Source: the human T2T-CHM13v2.0 reference genome, Homo sapiens. From it: a DNA stretch of 64,000 nucleotides. Positions 30,438-46,003 of this stretch are shown in pieces. How positions within the stretch are numbered: position 1 is the stretch's first letter; each line of letters begins with the position of its first letter. Under the pieces are notes generated by a model. That model worked only from the letters and a program-made list of their open reading frames with translations, did not search any database and was not told the DNA's origin. The stretch lies in assembly GCF_009914755.1 (NCBI RefSeq), contig NC_060940.1, one strand, 5' to 3'. Both the position numbers and the translations under genes were made by a program.

Positions 30438-30930
30438 TGTGATGGTTACTATTGAGTGTCAACTTGATTGGACTGAAGGATGCAAAGTACTGTTTCTGGC
30501 CATGTCTGTGAGGGTGTTGCCAAAGGAGATTAACATTTGAGTCAGTGGACTGGGAAAGGCAGACCCACTCTCAGTCTGGGTGGGCATAATCTAATCAGCT
30601 GCCAGCGTGGCCAGAATAAAAGCAGGGAGAACGTGGAAGGAATAAGCTGGCTGAGTCTCCCATGCTGGATGCTTCCTGCCTTTGAACATCAGACTCCAAG
30701 TTCTTCAGCTTTGGGATCTTTGGGCCTTCGACCACAGACTGAAGACTGCACTGTGGGCTTCCCTACTTTTGAGGTTTTGAGAATCAGACTGGCTTCCTTG
30801 CTCCTCAGCTTGCAGACGGCCCATCGTGAGACCTCGCCTTGTGATTGTGTGAGTCAATACTCCTTAATAAACTCCTCTTTATATATACATCTATCCTGTT
30901 AGTTCTGTCCCTCTAGAGAACCCTAATATA
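30438..30930 (+). mobile_element. MLT2A (ERVL) solo LTR inserted in an L2
   Basis: tgtgatggttactattgagtgtcaacttgattgg...ccctaatata; 5-bp TSD aagct on both sides. Confidence 0.9.
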
Positions 30931-31198
30931 AAGCTCCACGCGGGTTGGAGTTTCCGTCTGTTTAGTGCACTGGCATATCAGCTAATAGAGCTGGGAAAAC
31001 CACGTGCTCAGTCTGTATCTGTTGAATGCATGAATGAATGAGTGAATGAATCAATGATTCTCAGGTCCAATCAGAATCCTATCCTGAGCGATCCTGTGGA
31101 GACTATGCATCAGTCTCCTTCTGCCTCGTGAGTTCCCAGCCATGACCAGCCAGAGCAGGACGTCAGACAAGACTGGCTTGGGGCCCTTGGCTGCCTTA

Positions 31199-31432
<234 letters not shown>

Positions 31433-31658
31433 TCAGTGGCCTAGAAAATACCCAGGCATGCCCCTCACCCCTGTCCCCTCTCTGTGTCTTCCCTCCTGGT
31501 TGGGCACTTCTGAGCACAGTGGCCTTTGCCAAGTAAATGATCCTGGACTGGAGTGTCTTTCTGTACTGCAATTCAAACTTGGATTATTTTTTACATTTCA
31601 AATTAGCTATTTGAAATGCAGATTCACTGGCCGCACTTCTGAGCTAATGGTTCACTAG

Positions 31659-32050
<392 letters not shown>

Positions 32051-32309
32051 TGACAGCTGCATGGGGTCTGAGGAAGACAAGCTGGGAAATATGGCTCCAT
32101 CTAAACCCATGTATATTTCGGAGGCAGAATTTTTGTTTTCTGTCCCCACTCCTACTGATTGCTCCTCCATTATCCTCTCACAGGTCTGCTAGAAGCCGAC
32201 CTTTTGGACAAGACTTCCCCCTTTGCCTTCTTGACTAAAGGCATAATTGTTTCACCAATAGAAACCTCAGGGACAAGGTAGCTCGGGAGTCAGCAGGGCT
32301 GATGCAGGT

Positions 32310-32482
32310 TTTTGTTAATAAAGTTTTATTGGTACACAGCCATGCTCATTTGTTGACATGTTCTCCTTGGCTGCTTTAGCACAAGGGCAGTGCTGAGTAG
32401 CTGTGACAGAGACTATGTGCCCTGCAACACCTAAAATATGTACTATCTTGCCTTCCATAGAAAAAGTGTACGCACTCCTGGG
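32310..32482 (-). mobile_element. MER58A fragment
   Basis: aataaagttttattggtacacagccatgctcatttg. Confidence 0.8.
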
Positions 32483-32486
32483 ATAG

Positions 32487-32848
32487 TGATATGGTTTGGT
32501 TGTGTCCCCACCCAAATCTAATCTTGAATTGTAGCTCCCATAATTCCCACGTGTTATGGGAGGGATCCAGTGGGAGATAACTGAATCACAGGGGTGGTTT
32601 CTCCCATACTGTTCTCGTGGTAGTGAATAAGTCTCATGAGATCTGATGGTTTTACACCGGGAAACTTCTTTTGCTTGGCTCTCATTTTTCTCTCTTGCTG
32701 CCGCCATGTAAGACTTGCTTTTTGCCTTCCACCAGGATTGTGAGGCTTCCCCAGCTGCTTAGAACTGTGAGTCCATTAAACATCTTTCTTTATAAATTAC
32801 TCAGTCTCAGGTATGTCTTTATTAGCAGCATGAAAATGGACTAATAAA
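32487..32848 (+). mobile_element. THE1 (MaLR) solo LTR
   Basis: tgatatggtttggttgtgtccccacccaaatct...atgaaaatggactaata. Confidence 0.92.
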
Positions 32849-32928
32849 GGTAAGCTATTCCCACAAAGTATGTGAGAGGCAGGCAGAGGGCACTGGGTAG
32901 AGGGGAGAGGTAAGAAACAGCATTTATG

Positions 32929-33385
<457 letters not shown>

Positions 33386-33470
33386 CTAGCAATGCAGAAG
33401 GAGGGTATCAGGGAGGGACGGACAGATCCCGAAGAAAGCCCAGCAAGGGGTGATCACAGAGGCCTCTCAC

Positions 33471-33643
33471 CTTGTCCACGTGGATGTAGTAGAAGTGGTC
33501 TTTGTGGTAGATGGCCTTGAACATGCGCTGCAACTGCCGAGAGGCACGGCCGTGGACCACCAGGACAAAGGCGATTCTGACCGGGTTGGCTGGCATGTAC
33601 TCCACGGAGTCCTCGTCCCACTGCACGTTCTTGTTGGCTTTAC
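33471..33643 (-). CDS. XYLT1: XYLT1 internal coding exon (probably exon 4), 173 bp, phase 1 to 0
   Basis: Acceptor ttttccccag|GTAAAG and donor GACAAG|gtgaga. Translation (G)[57 protein letters not shown] is recognised as the start of the xylosyltransferase I GT14 domain. The exon number is from recall. Confidence 0.97.
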
Positions 33644-34465
33644 CTGGGGAAAATCCAAGAGAACAGAGAGGAGAAAGTGAGGCTCTGCCATCCTTTGCAG
33701 GGGTGGGAAGTTTCTCTGGTGCTTCTTTTGGGGACTATTTTAGGGGCACAGTCATCAAATTGGGCCTTAAAACATAATTCAATGCCACAAAGCACATCTT
33801 AGATTCTCACACTGTCAGGCACAAAAGGGGTTAGGGGACCCTGGGGTTGTTACGACATAGTTTCCATTCTGAGGAGCTTAAAAATGCTGGAAGAGACACA
33901 TGGACACATATTAAGCTACTGAACAAGGCAGGAGGAGGTGAGAGCTATAAGAGATGTATCTCTGAATGACAGAGGAAGAAGCAGTTAATTTCGAGTTAGT
34001 GAACGTAAGATACATGTGTTGTTTTTGCCTGTCCAGAATTCATTCTCCCTTCTTCTAATAGCATCCAATATATTGTTTGTTTTAACGGTGGTAAGAACAG
34101 ATAGCATGAAATCTCCCCTCTTAATAAATGTTTAAGTGTACACTACAGTACTGCTGCCTATTAATACAATGTTGTACAGCAGGATCTTTAAATTTACTTG
34201 TCCTGCATGACTGAAACTTCATCATCCAATACCTTTTGTGGCATCATCCTCCTCTCCTCTATTCTCAGTCCATATGGGTGGGGAAGACCTAACTTCATCA
34301 TCAATTTCAGGGGTGGACCTACAGCTTAGGCCTGGCCAATGGGAATGCTGATTCTCCATAGCCACAGTATTGTTTAGAGATGAACATATGACTCAACCAA
34401 GTTAATTAACCAATAAGACAGAATGCTAGACTTTTGTTAGAACTACTACATAAGAGAGGTTATCT

Positions 34466-34762
34466 TTTTTTTTTTTTTTTTGAGACGGAGTCTTACTCTG
34501 TTGCCCAGGCTGCAGTGCAGTGGTGCGATCTTGGCTCATTGCAACCTCCACCTCTCAGGTTCAAGTGATTTTCCTGCCTGAGCCTCCTGAGTAGCTGAGA
34601 TTACAGGCACGCAACACCATGCCTAGCTAATTTTTGTGTTTTTAGTAGAGATGGGGTTTCATCATGTTGGCCAGGCTGGTCTCGGAACTCCTGACCTCAG
34701 GTGATCTGCCTACCTTGGCCTCCCAAAGTGCTGGGATTACAGACGTGAGCCACTGTGCCCGG
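34466..34762 (-). mobile_element. AluS
   Basis: TSD gagaggtt(a)tcttttt. Confidence 0.93.
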
Positions 34763-35624
34763 TGAGAGGTTCTTTTTCTGTTACACAGGAGACTAGAAGA
34801 TTCTATGAGCCTTTCTGTTCCCACACGGAGAGAGGTTGCCTGAGAAGAAAACTAATGTGGAGTACATTGCCAAGGGGGGATGAGGGTCCAGGTGCTTGTG
34901 GCCTGCCTTGAGCTCCTGCATCAGTAAGGCTACAGATCACCCACTGTCATCTATCATGTTCTTTTAAATCCAAATCCTATACCACATCCACTTGGATAAA
35001 TAGTCCCAGACATATTTTATTCCGAAAATCAGCCTCAAAGACTCCTCTCTTTCTTTCTCTTGCTTCAGATAAAAACACAGCTTCCTAGTTTAGTTTATTA
35101 CAATCCCAACTAGAAATCTCCTAGCTTTCCTCAGCCTGATTTCACTTGGGTCCAACCCAATTTCTTAAGAGTTCTGGGTTTATGGGACCCAGGACATTGT
35201 CAGGGTAGTAGCTGCAAGTGTCCCAGCATCTAAACCGGGAGAACGGAGATGGAGACTGTGGGGCTGGGGGATTAGGACATCGGGAGTCTAAGCTGTCATC
35301 AGAAGGCTGAATGGTTGCTGAATGAACGAGGCTCTTTCTACGTAGTTCCAGGAGACAAGACAAGATTGACGTAGATAATATCCAAATCACACTACACAGC
35401 CTCTATGGCTGGTGTGATCTAACTACTCAGATCTCTCTGCCCTCGATTGGTGGGTCTCACATTCCATCTTGTCCTCTGGCCTTCTTTCTCTTCCTCAAAC
35501 AAGCTCATTTCTGCCTTAGGACCTTCTCCCTGGCTTCTTGTGATCTGGAACGCCCTCTCCCCAGATCTCTGCGTGGCTGCATCTTCTTGTCATTAGTTCA
35601 CAGTCCAAAAAGGGGACTCACCAC

Positions 35625-35680
35625 CACCTCTTTTACTCTCTTTCACCTCACCCGCACCTCTTTTACTCTCTTTCACCTCA
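35625..35680. repeat. Tandem duplication, 30-bp period
   Basis: cacctcttttactctctttcacctca occurs twice exactly. Confidence 0.9.
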
Positions 35681-36322
35681 TCGGATTTCAACTTTCTTCA
35701 TAGCATGTAACACTGTCTGCAATTGTTTATCTGTTTACTTGCTTATTATCTGAACACACCACTAGAACATTAGCTCCAAGAGATGAGGGGCTATTTTGGC
35801 CTTGTTTACCACAGAATCTGCAACACTTGAACAGTATCTGACACACATCTGGTTCTCGGTGAAACAAAAGTTACAGGAAGGCACATTTGGGATCAGTAAA
35901 ATAACAATACCTTTTATTGAGCATTGACCAGCCCTTGACGTTCATTAGATAATTTAATCCTCGTAATGATCCTACAAAGTAATGCTATTATCCCTGCTTT
36001 CCAAATGAGGAAACCACAGCTTAGAAGAGGCCAAGGGATTGGCTCAAGGTCACACTGCTTTAATTAGTTAAGCTGAGATTCAAACACAGGTCTGATTCCA
36101 AAGATCATGCCCTGAACCACTAATACACACCATATGATCATACCTAGAGTTTGGAAGGAAAAGTTTATAACAATTGCTTTTAGTTGCTTGTTGCTAACCA
36201 AATACTTTGTAAGTTAGTTATTGCAGGCAGGTAGGCATGCATTTAAGGACTAACATAGGTATTCCAGTATTTCTGTATTAGATGAGATGCTGATTCTAGG
36301 TGATTAATAAGGCTGTATCTTT

Positions 36323-36745
36323 TCATCCATCCATCTATTCCTCCACCCATCCACCCATTAATTTATTCATCTATCGAAATCCAACCACTCATCCATTCAT
36401 CCATCCACCATTCCACCCATTTATCCATTTATTTGTCCATCCAAATCCAACCACTAATCTGTCCATCCATCTACCCACCCATTCATCCATCCCTCCACCC
36501 ATCCACCCATTCATCCATTTATTCATCCATCTAAATCCAACCACTTATCTGTCCATCCATCCACCCACTCATCCATCCCTCCACCCATCCACCCATTCGT
36601 TCATGCATTTATTCATCCATCCAAGTCCAACCATTCATCCATTGCTCCACCCATTCATCCATACATCCATTTATTCATCCATCCAAATCTAACTACTCAT
36701 CTGTCCACTCATCCATATCTAACCATTCATCCATCCAAGCATACA
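36323..36745. repeat. Degenerate (CCAT)n repeat
   Basis: catccatccacccattcatccat-type array. Confidence 0.92.
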
Positions 36746-39584
36746 GCAAACCCTCCAACTATGCATCCAGCAAAGCCTCCAAGAGCTTATCATCCCAAAC
36801 ACCATCCATCCACTTAAGGTGTATGGGGCCTTTGAGATTAACCCTTGCTTTTCCCTGTAGCCATGAACATCTTTTGCCATAGTTTTTGAATGAGCAAATT
36901 AATGAATGTGTTCTGAAGAAGAGTGGCTGCTCTGATCCAGAGGAGCTGGTGTTTCTTAAGTGCCTCCTATGCATCCATTGTTATTTGACCCTGGGAAGAA
37001 TGCGTTATCATCCTCTGAGGCTCAGAGAGGTCAGCACATTTCCCAGGTCACACAGTGAGTGAGGACAGAGGTGGGAGGGGAAGCTGAGTGTTGCCGAGTC
37101 CAAAGCCAGCCCTGATATTTCCACTTGCTCTCTGCAGAAGTGGAGATTTGCGATATAGAGGATAGGTGTAAGGACTCTATGCTGGTCTTTAAAAAGGGCT
37201 TGGATGTTGATGCTGAGGTCTTTTACAACTTCTCTTTAGAGTTTTAAAAGGCAGAACAGATTTACAGACAGACACAGACATGGATGCTTTTCTTTTGGAG
37301 AAAGGGCAGAGTCCTGTGAAATCAAAGACAAATCACTCCAGCAAGAGAGCTCCCTTGGCTTAAATATAAAGTCATCTTTGGGTCAGACAGTTAGTCTGGG
37401 GAGCTGCAAAGAGAATGGGGAACAAAAAACCCAGAGCTCTTCTGAGTACAGCTATTCTGGGGAAGGGGTGGGTGGGAAGGAACAAAAATATCTAAAGAAA
37501 GGAGACATGCAGAGAAGGAGAAATAGAGATGCGGATGGGGATGGGGGGCAGAGGGGGAAGACAGCGAGTCAGGAGAAAGATCAACCATTTACTGAGTGCC
37601 TACTATGTGTTAAGCAATTTCTGTGCATGATTTTATTCATTTCTATCAAAACTGCTATGAAAACAGAGCTATTATCTTTCTATTGTAGGCACAAGGAAGC
37701 TGAGGCTTGGAGAGGTCCCAGTTATAAAGTAGCTGAGCTGAGAATGGAGTGAGTCTGTGATCCCAGAGCCCTGTCATGGTCACCATGCTCAATCAAACTG
37801 TCCTCATTTCAAAAAGAGGAAAATCCGTCCCTAGAGGAAATGTGTCAGCTTTCAGCTGCAGGACAGATATAACAATGACATGTGGTCAGAGCTATGTGGG
37901 TCTTTATGAACACGGAACTCTTTGAAAGACCAAAACCCAAACAGTGCCCAGCTCCAAAAAAAAAAAAAAAAAAAAAAGAATTTAACAATGTAATCAGATT
38001 CCCATGGCACAAAACAGAAAATAAGTGGAAAAATCAGAGTGATTAGAGGCAGCAGGAGAAGCTGACTTCAGATGAATGTTAACAAGCCAGGTTTATCGAG
38101 AGAGAATATCAAGTATATTTTTGCAGTGCAGGTGTGAAGGCTGAGGATGATGGGGGGTCCCGGAGAGCTCCCCCAGTAGATAGCTGTGCTGTGTTAGTTC
38201 TGTTACTCAAATTCCCTATTTCTTAGCAGCATTGTGGGTCAAACGAGGACTATGTAATCCTTGGGCTCCAAAGACATAGCAGAGATGAAGGTGCTTTGCA
38301 AGGGTCAACATGCTGTTCCACTGTTGTGGTGCTGGCAAAGATCATGTTAGCAGTGTCCTGCAATAATGATTTGGGAGGAGAAAGCAAGGTGCAGGGGTTT
38401 AGAACATGACCTGTGGTCAGGCAGATGTGAATGACCTTGGACCTTTTATGCAATCTCTCCAAGCCTTAGTATTCTGATCTGTAAAATGGGTATGTATAAT
38501 CACAGAATCCACCCCACATGGACATTCACATCCAGAAGAGAGAGCACAGTGCCTGGCATCTAGTAAATCCTCAATAAATTATACTGTCATAGCCATCATT
38601 TCTATGTGGCTGCTCATCCACGATGATCAGGATTTAACCAACAGGCCCAGCTCCAGAGTTCTACCTCAAAGCTGCACTGACTCCCAGGGCTGTGTGTACT
38701 CTAGAGCCTGCTGCTTGTAAATAAACATCTACAACCGGAATTTCCCTCTGCAGCGTATGCCCAGACCACAATTAATAACAAATGTGAAGGAGCTGCTTGA
38801 CTGGAATAGTTACTCTACCAACAAAGCCCTCGATTCTATTTATACTCTGAAAGGGCTGCTTCCGGCTGCTGCAAGGGGCACTTTCTGACTTACTTCCAAC
38901 TAAGAGGGTTAGTTGGGTCTTGGGAACACAGAGACATGGAAACAAGGTTGTATGCAAATGAGGCTTGGGTTAGGAAGCTCCCAGCTGGAGCCCAGCTTCT
39001 ATGCTGCCTGGGAAGGTGTGACTGGGATTCAGAGCTGGGGTGTAGAATGCAACCTTGCACTGTGTGGATTTAGGAAAGACACCGCCCCTCTCTGATTGTC
39101 AGTTCTTCATTTACAAAGTGGGAAGAGAGGTCCATCTCTGACCCCGCTGGGTTCCAGGGTGATTCATGATCACAGATGAGGAAAAGTTTCACAGCGGCAG
39201 CAGGCGCGTTGCAGAGGAGCGGGATTCGTCTTACTGGGGGAGAAAACCTGCACGCTCAAGGTTCTTTGTTAGATCTGGGTGGGAGATGCCTTTATCCTAG
39301 TGGGAAATTTTAAAAGAGGTTTTCTGGTGATTAAACTTGGGAGCTGTCTGGTGCCCAGAAAGAATCCCCTGCTCTCGATGGGTTTAGAAAAGGCGGTGCT
39401 GTGTGGCGACAAGCATACTGGATAAAGAGCAACGAGGTGGATTCAAATTCCTGCTTCTGCTGTGAACCAGCCACGGGGGCCTGGGCAAGTCAATTTCTTT
39501 CCTTGGTCCTGTAGAATCTCAAAGACTAGTAACGCTATCAGATGCATGTCAAATACTTATCATGCTTGCGTCAAATACTTCTCA

Positions 39585-39737
39585 TGGTGGCTTGCGTCTG
39601 TAATTCCAGCTACCCTGGAGGCTGAGGCAGAAGGACTGCTCGAGTCCAGGAGTTCGAGGCTGCAGTGAGCTACGATGGTGTCACTGCACTCTGGCCTGGG
39701 TGACAGAGTGAGACCCTGTCTCTAAAAATAAATAAAT
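39585..39737 (+). mobile_element. Alu right monomer (FRAM/AluJ)
   Basis: Single arm with A-rich tail. Confidence 0.8.
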
Positions 39738-39916
39738 CAGAAATAAACAAACACTCATTATGGCCTAAGCACCAGTCAAATGTGATCTCATTATTTAATT
39801 GTCCCAAGGTCTCAGGAGGCAGGTGCCATGTTAGCAGTTGGTGCGAGAATGGAAACCACCACTTGGGTGTGCCAGACTCCAAAACCCCTATTTTGGAAAA
39901 ACCCAAATGAGGGAGA

Positions 39917-39946
39917 TGAAATTTCTGGATATTTCTGGAAATTTCT
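39917..39946. promoter_or_regulatory. Candidate heat-shock element
   Basis: Six contiguous alternating pentamers GAA-TTC-GAt-TTC-GAA-TTC with 2-nt spacing. Confidence 0.45.
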
Positions 39947-40013
39947 GAATCATCTGGAATTCTAACCCGATCCAGGAGTTAGCATTGCCACATAGAGAAC
40001 TGTACTCCCTTGA

Positions 40014-40349
<336 letters not shown>

Positions 40350-40955
40350 CAGGTTGGTTCTCTTGATACCTGTCAGTTCGTTCCCTATGAGCCAAGGTCA
40401 TGCTCTTATCTCTTGTAGGATGCCAGCCTTGCCCCTGGACCTGGTACAGAGCTAAGTTTGGGGGAGAGGCCTCAATGAATGATTTCTGACTGACAGATTT
40501 AGCCAGACAGCTTCATCCACATACAGGGTCCCGGTGGTGGGGATGAGGGGGCAAAGTTGAAGACTCAGGCCTGAGAGGTTGCCCATGGCTGTCTCCTCTC
40601 ATCCAGCAAACTGGCTGGAGGCTAGGCACCCCCACTTTTCCTTGAGGCTTTTGGGTGGTCTGTGGACCCTTGCTCAGCAGCACCAAGCCCCGCTGGGAGG
40701 AATCAGTCAACGGCCCAGACTGCTCTGCACCGCAGCTGCTGCTCATGCGGGGCCACCAGGTCCCCTCCCACCCAGCTTAATGAGAAGAGAGGGGTGGAGG
40801 GGATGTGAACTGGGGGTCATGGGGTCCACAGAGGGGAGCTGAAAGAACATAGGTCCAAGGATGAAGGTGGCCAAGCCAGCACCTGTCAGGTCTCAGGAGA
40901 AATGACCCTTCCTTGGGAAGCCCTCCCTGACTCTCTTCCCCATCCCTTCATTTAA

Positions 40956-41272
<317 letters not shown>

Positions 41273-41363
41273 CCCATCCCTTCTTTGAGTTCCCTGTCAC
41301 AGCCCCTCTGAACATCCTGCACTTCTCTTTAAAAAAAAAAAAAAGTTGTAGTCCAAGATAATA

Positions 41364-41696
41364 CATGCTGAGTATCCCTTATGTGAAATGCCTGGAACCA
41401 GAAGTGTTTCCAATTTTGAATTTTTTCAGATTTTGAAGTATCTGTGTATATGTAATGAGATATTTTGGGGAAGGGACCCAAGCCTAAACACAAAATCCAT
41501 TTCTGTTTCATATACACTTTATACACATAGCCTGAAAGTAATTTTATACAATATTTTAAATAATTGTGTGCATTAATCAAAGTTGCATTAAGCATTTATG
41601 TATAGAATTTTCCGCTTGTAGCATTATGTGCCCAAAATGTTCTGGATTTCGGAGTACTTCAGATTTTGGATTTTTGAATTAAGGATGCTCTACATG
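41364..41696. mobile_element. MER46C/Tigger4-family fossil
   Basis: TIR-like ends catgctgagtatccctta / taaggatgctctacatg. Confidence 0.75.
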
Positions 41697-41701
41697 GATA
41701 A

Positions 41702-42012
<311 letters not shown>

Positions 42013-42545
42013 CTATTTTAAGCATTTTTAAGTTTACAGTTTAGTATAATAAATATACTTACACTGTTGTGCAACTATTATCACCATCCATCTCCAGAAC
42101 TCTTTTCATCTTGCAAAACTGAAACTTTCTATCCATTGAACAATAACTTCCCACTCTCCCCTCCTTCAGCTCCTGGAAAGCTTCATTCTACTTTCTGCCT
42201 CTATGAATTTGATAAGGAACCTCATGTAAGTGACATCAGACATTATTCTTCCTTTTGTGTCTGGATCCTTTCACTTGGCGCAGTGCCCTCCTGGTTTGTC
42301 CACGTCGTAGCCTATGTCAGAATTTCATTCCTTTTTCAGGGCAAGTAATACTCCACTGTATGCATATAGCACAATTGATCCACTCATCTGTCAATGGACC
42401 CTTGAATGGCTTTCACCTTTTGGCTGTTATGAATAATGTTGCTCTGAACATGGGTGTACAAGTACCTGTTTGAGTCACTGTTTCAATTCTTTGGAGTATA
42501 TTCCCAGAAATGGAATTGGTGGATCATAAAGTCACTATTTGTAAT
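42013..42545 (-). mobile_element. L1M 3' fragment
   Basis: catctccagaactcttttcatcttgcaaaactgaaact...gctctgaacatgggtgtacaagta. Confidence 0.8.
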
Positions 42546-42876
42546 GTTTTATTTTTAGGAGCCCATCCTGCACTTCCTAACTCAGCTATTCCACAGAAGG
42601 GGTTAGCCTGGGTCTGCATCCCAGCCCTACCATTTATTAGGAGGTCACTTTGCCTCTCATGCCTCAGTTTCCTCATCTGTCAAAGAGAACTCACCTCTAA
42701 GTGATGCTGTAAGCACAGCTATAAATGAGGCAAAATAAAGCCATACAGCCTGATTGTGGAGGAGTTCATGTGGTGTGACTCCGCGGACCTCGCCCATCAC
42801 ACTTGAACTTGTAACTAATCACATGGCTGGAGAGTGTTTAACAGGGACCTGATCCTGAGGACTATAGCGATTGTGG

Positions 42877-43695
<819 letters not shown>

Positions 43696-44814
43696 GTGTG
43701 TTCTTAAATGCGATGTCAGAGTTACCCAAGAGAGGATTCACATGCTGCTCACATCGAATGGCATTGAGTCAGGGGGGACTGTGAATCTTTTTTCAATTCT
43801 TACCCACCTCTCCTGAATACCCTACCAGCAAACTCTCAGGTCAATGCAAACAAATCTTCAGCAGCACTCCCCTACTGAACTTCCTTTTCCAAAAAGCAGA
43901 ATCCTGCCCCCAGAACTGGCATCTCCAGCAGGTAACAGGAGTGCCCGGCTAGCACTGAATGCCATTGTTTTTGTTTCACTGATTTCTTCGCATTGTTGCT
44001 GTCTCCTCATGGCAAGTGACAGCAAGATTTCCACTTATGGCCATGATGCAAAATTACTTTTAAAATAAAATGTGCTTACATAAAAATAAAGGCGAGTCTA
44101 TTGCAGTAAAAATACTACAAGAATAATATGGCAGGTGGAATGTGGATATGGCAGAATTGTGAAGGCTGGAGGGATGCGAAGGAAGCTTGGGGAATGTTAA
44201 TTAGGCTCCATGAGCTTTGCTTCCAAACTAGGATGTGCTGAGTTTGTTAAACAAATGAGAGGAGGTAAAGGCAAAGGGCAGGGGGATACTCAAGCAGCCC
44301 CATCCATCCTGCAAGGACCCAAAGGTCCAGACAATGTTTTGATCTTTCTGGATGAGGGCTCCCACTTGCTTTAGGGGCCCAGGAGGGTTTGTCAGGAGTC
44401 TCCTGGGGTGGGCTTTTGGGACAGCACCTCCCTGCTAGAGAGACAGAAGTCTGTGGAGAAACACTGTCCTTTTGATTCTTACTCTAATTTGTTGAGTACT
44501 TAACATTCATGTGGTTCTTTCACTCATGAGGCTTTTACCTCTTGTAACAATGCTGCAAATGAAAATTATCCCCATTTATAGATAATCATCCCAGGCTCAG
44601 AGAGGGTGAGGAACTTGCCCAAGGTCACAGAGCCAAGAGGTGGAGAAGAAATTAGGATACGCACTGTTCTGACGTCAAATACCATGCTCTATGACCAGGC
44701 TTTGGCTAGCAAGAATCTGGCATCCTCATCTTCACTCAGGCTCCCATGCTAAGCTTGATGGGAACCAAAGCCTCATGTTCTCAGAATGGCTTCAAAACTA
44801 TCGTCTCCCCTAGA

Positions 44815-45052
44815 GCAAGATTTCTCAACCTTGGCACTATTGATATTTGAGGCCAGATAATTCCTTGTTGTGGAGGGGACTGTCCTGCGCACTGTAGGAT
44901 GTTTAGCAGCATCGCTGGATCTACCCACTAGGTGCCAGTAGCACTCACCTAGTTGTGACAAAACCTAAAATGTCTCCATTCATTGATGTGTGTCCCCCTG
45001 GTGGGGGATAGGGCGTGGAGAGGCAAAATTTGCTCCCAGTTGAGAACCACTG
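44815..45052 (-). mobile_element. MER20
   Basis: tttctcaaccttggcactattgatattt...ttgagaaccactg. Confidence 0.85.
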
Positions 45053-45065
45053 TTCTAGGACAAGC

Positions 45066-45426
45066 TCTCTAGATGTGGTCTCTGATGAGCAGCATCAGCA
45101 ACACCTGGGAATTTGTTAGCAATGTAAGTTTCAGCCCCAACCCCAAACCTTCTGAATCAGAAACTCTGGGTGTGGGAGACAAGGACTCTGTGTTGTAAGA
45201 AGCTCTCCAGGTGATTGTGATACAGGCTCATGTTTGCCTAGGCCAGTGGTTCTTAACCCTGGCTGCACATTTAAAATCATCTGAACATCTTTTTTTTAGA
45301 AAAACATCTTCATGCCTCGGCCCCACCCCAATAAATTCTAACTTAATTAGTTTGGTGGGCGCAAGTATTGGGACTCTTTTGAAACTCCCCCTGTGATTCT
45401 GACATGCAGTCAGGGTTGAGAACCAC
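45066..45426. mobile_element. Two adjacent MER5-family fossils
   Basis: gcagcatcagcaacacctgggaatttgttag...; cagtggttcttaaccctggctgcaca...gggttgagaaccac. Confidence 0.75.
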
Positions 45427-46003
45427 ATTTTGGACACCTTTTCTTTTCTTTTCAACCATCTTTTAAAAAACGCATCTCTCGAGGTGGAAAGAATTTTACC
45501 CAAACATATCTTTGGCTGTTGCCTCAAATGCTCATGGCCACTCACTCCACCAGAGACTGAAGGCTACCTCATTCATTATTTTTCTCCCACTCTGAGAAAA
45601 TGTCTCCCTCCACCCCCGACCAAGCACTCAGGACATTTTCCTGCTCACTGACTTCCCCCGACCCCATTCAAGTCTGGAGTTATTAAAGAACAGCCCATGA
45701 CTGAACCGTCTTATTGATTTTATTGTTCAGAGCCCTGGGATATTCTAATGATATACTGCTCAATAAATGGAAACTGGTGGGATAGATATTGACGGTGTAT
45801 GGTACATTTCACTGCAATTCACTGGGTCCCAGTCACTTGGCCTGTAACATATCATCTGTGAAAACGCTGCGCTGTGGCCTGCAAGCTCTTATCCATCCTG
45901 CTGATGTTACCTTTTCTGTGCATCAAGGATGAAAGAGCTATTATGATAATAGCAATGTGGCCACTGTGTGCCAGGTCCTGGGCTGAGCATTTTCTAACAG
46001 ACT

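Noticed and set aside
33408-33626. Stand-alone 72-aa and 60-aa proteins from the ORF track (also 31196-31378)
   Set aside because: The starts are internal GTG codons of spliced exons, and this ORF's tail is read-through into intron.
36300-36692. His/Pro-rich 130-aa ORF, and the IYIY ORFs at 29750-30100
   Set aside because: Translations of simple repeats.
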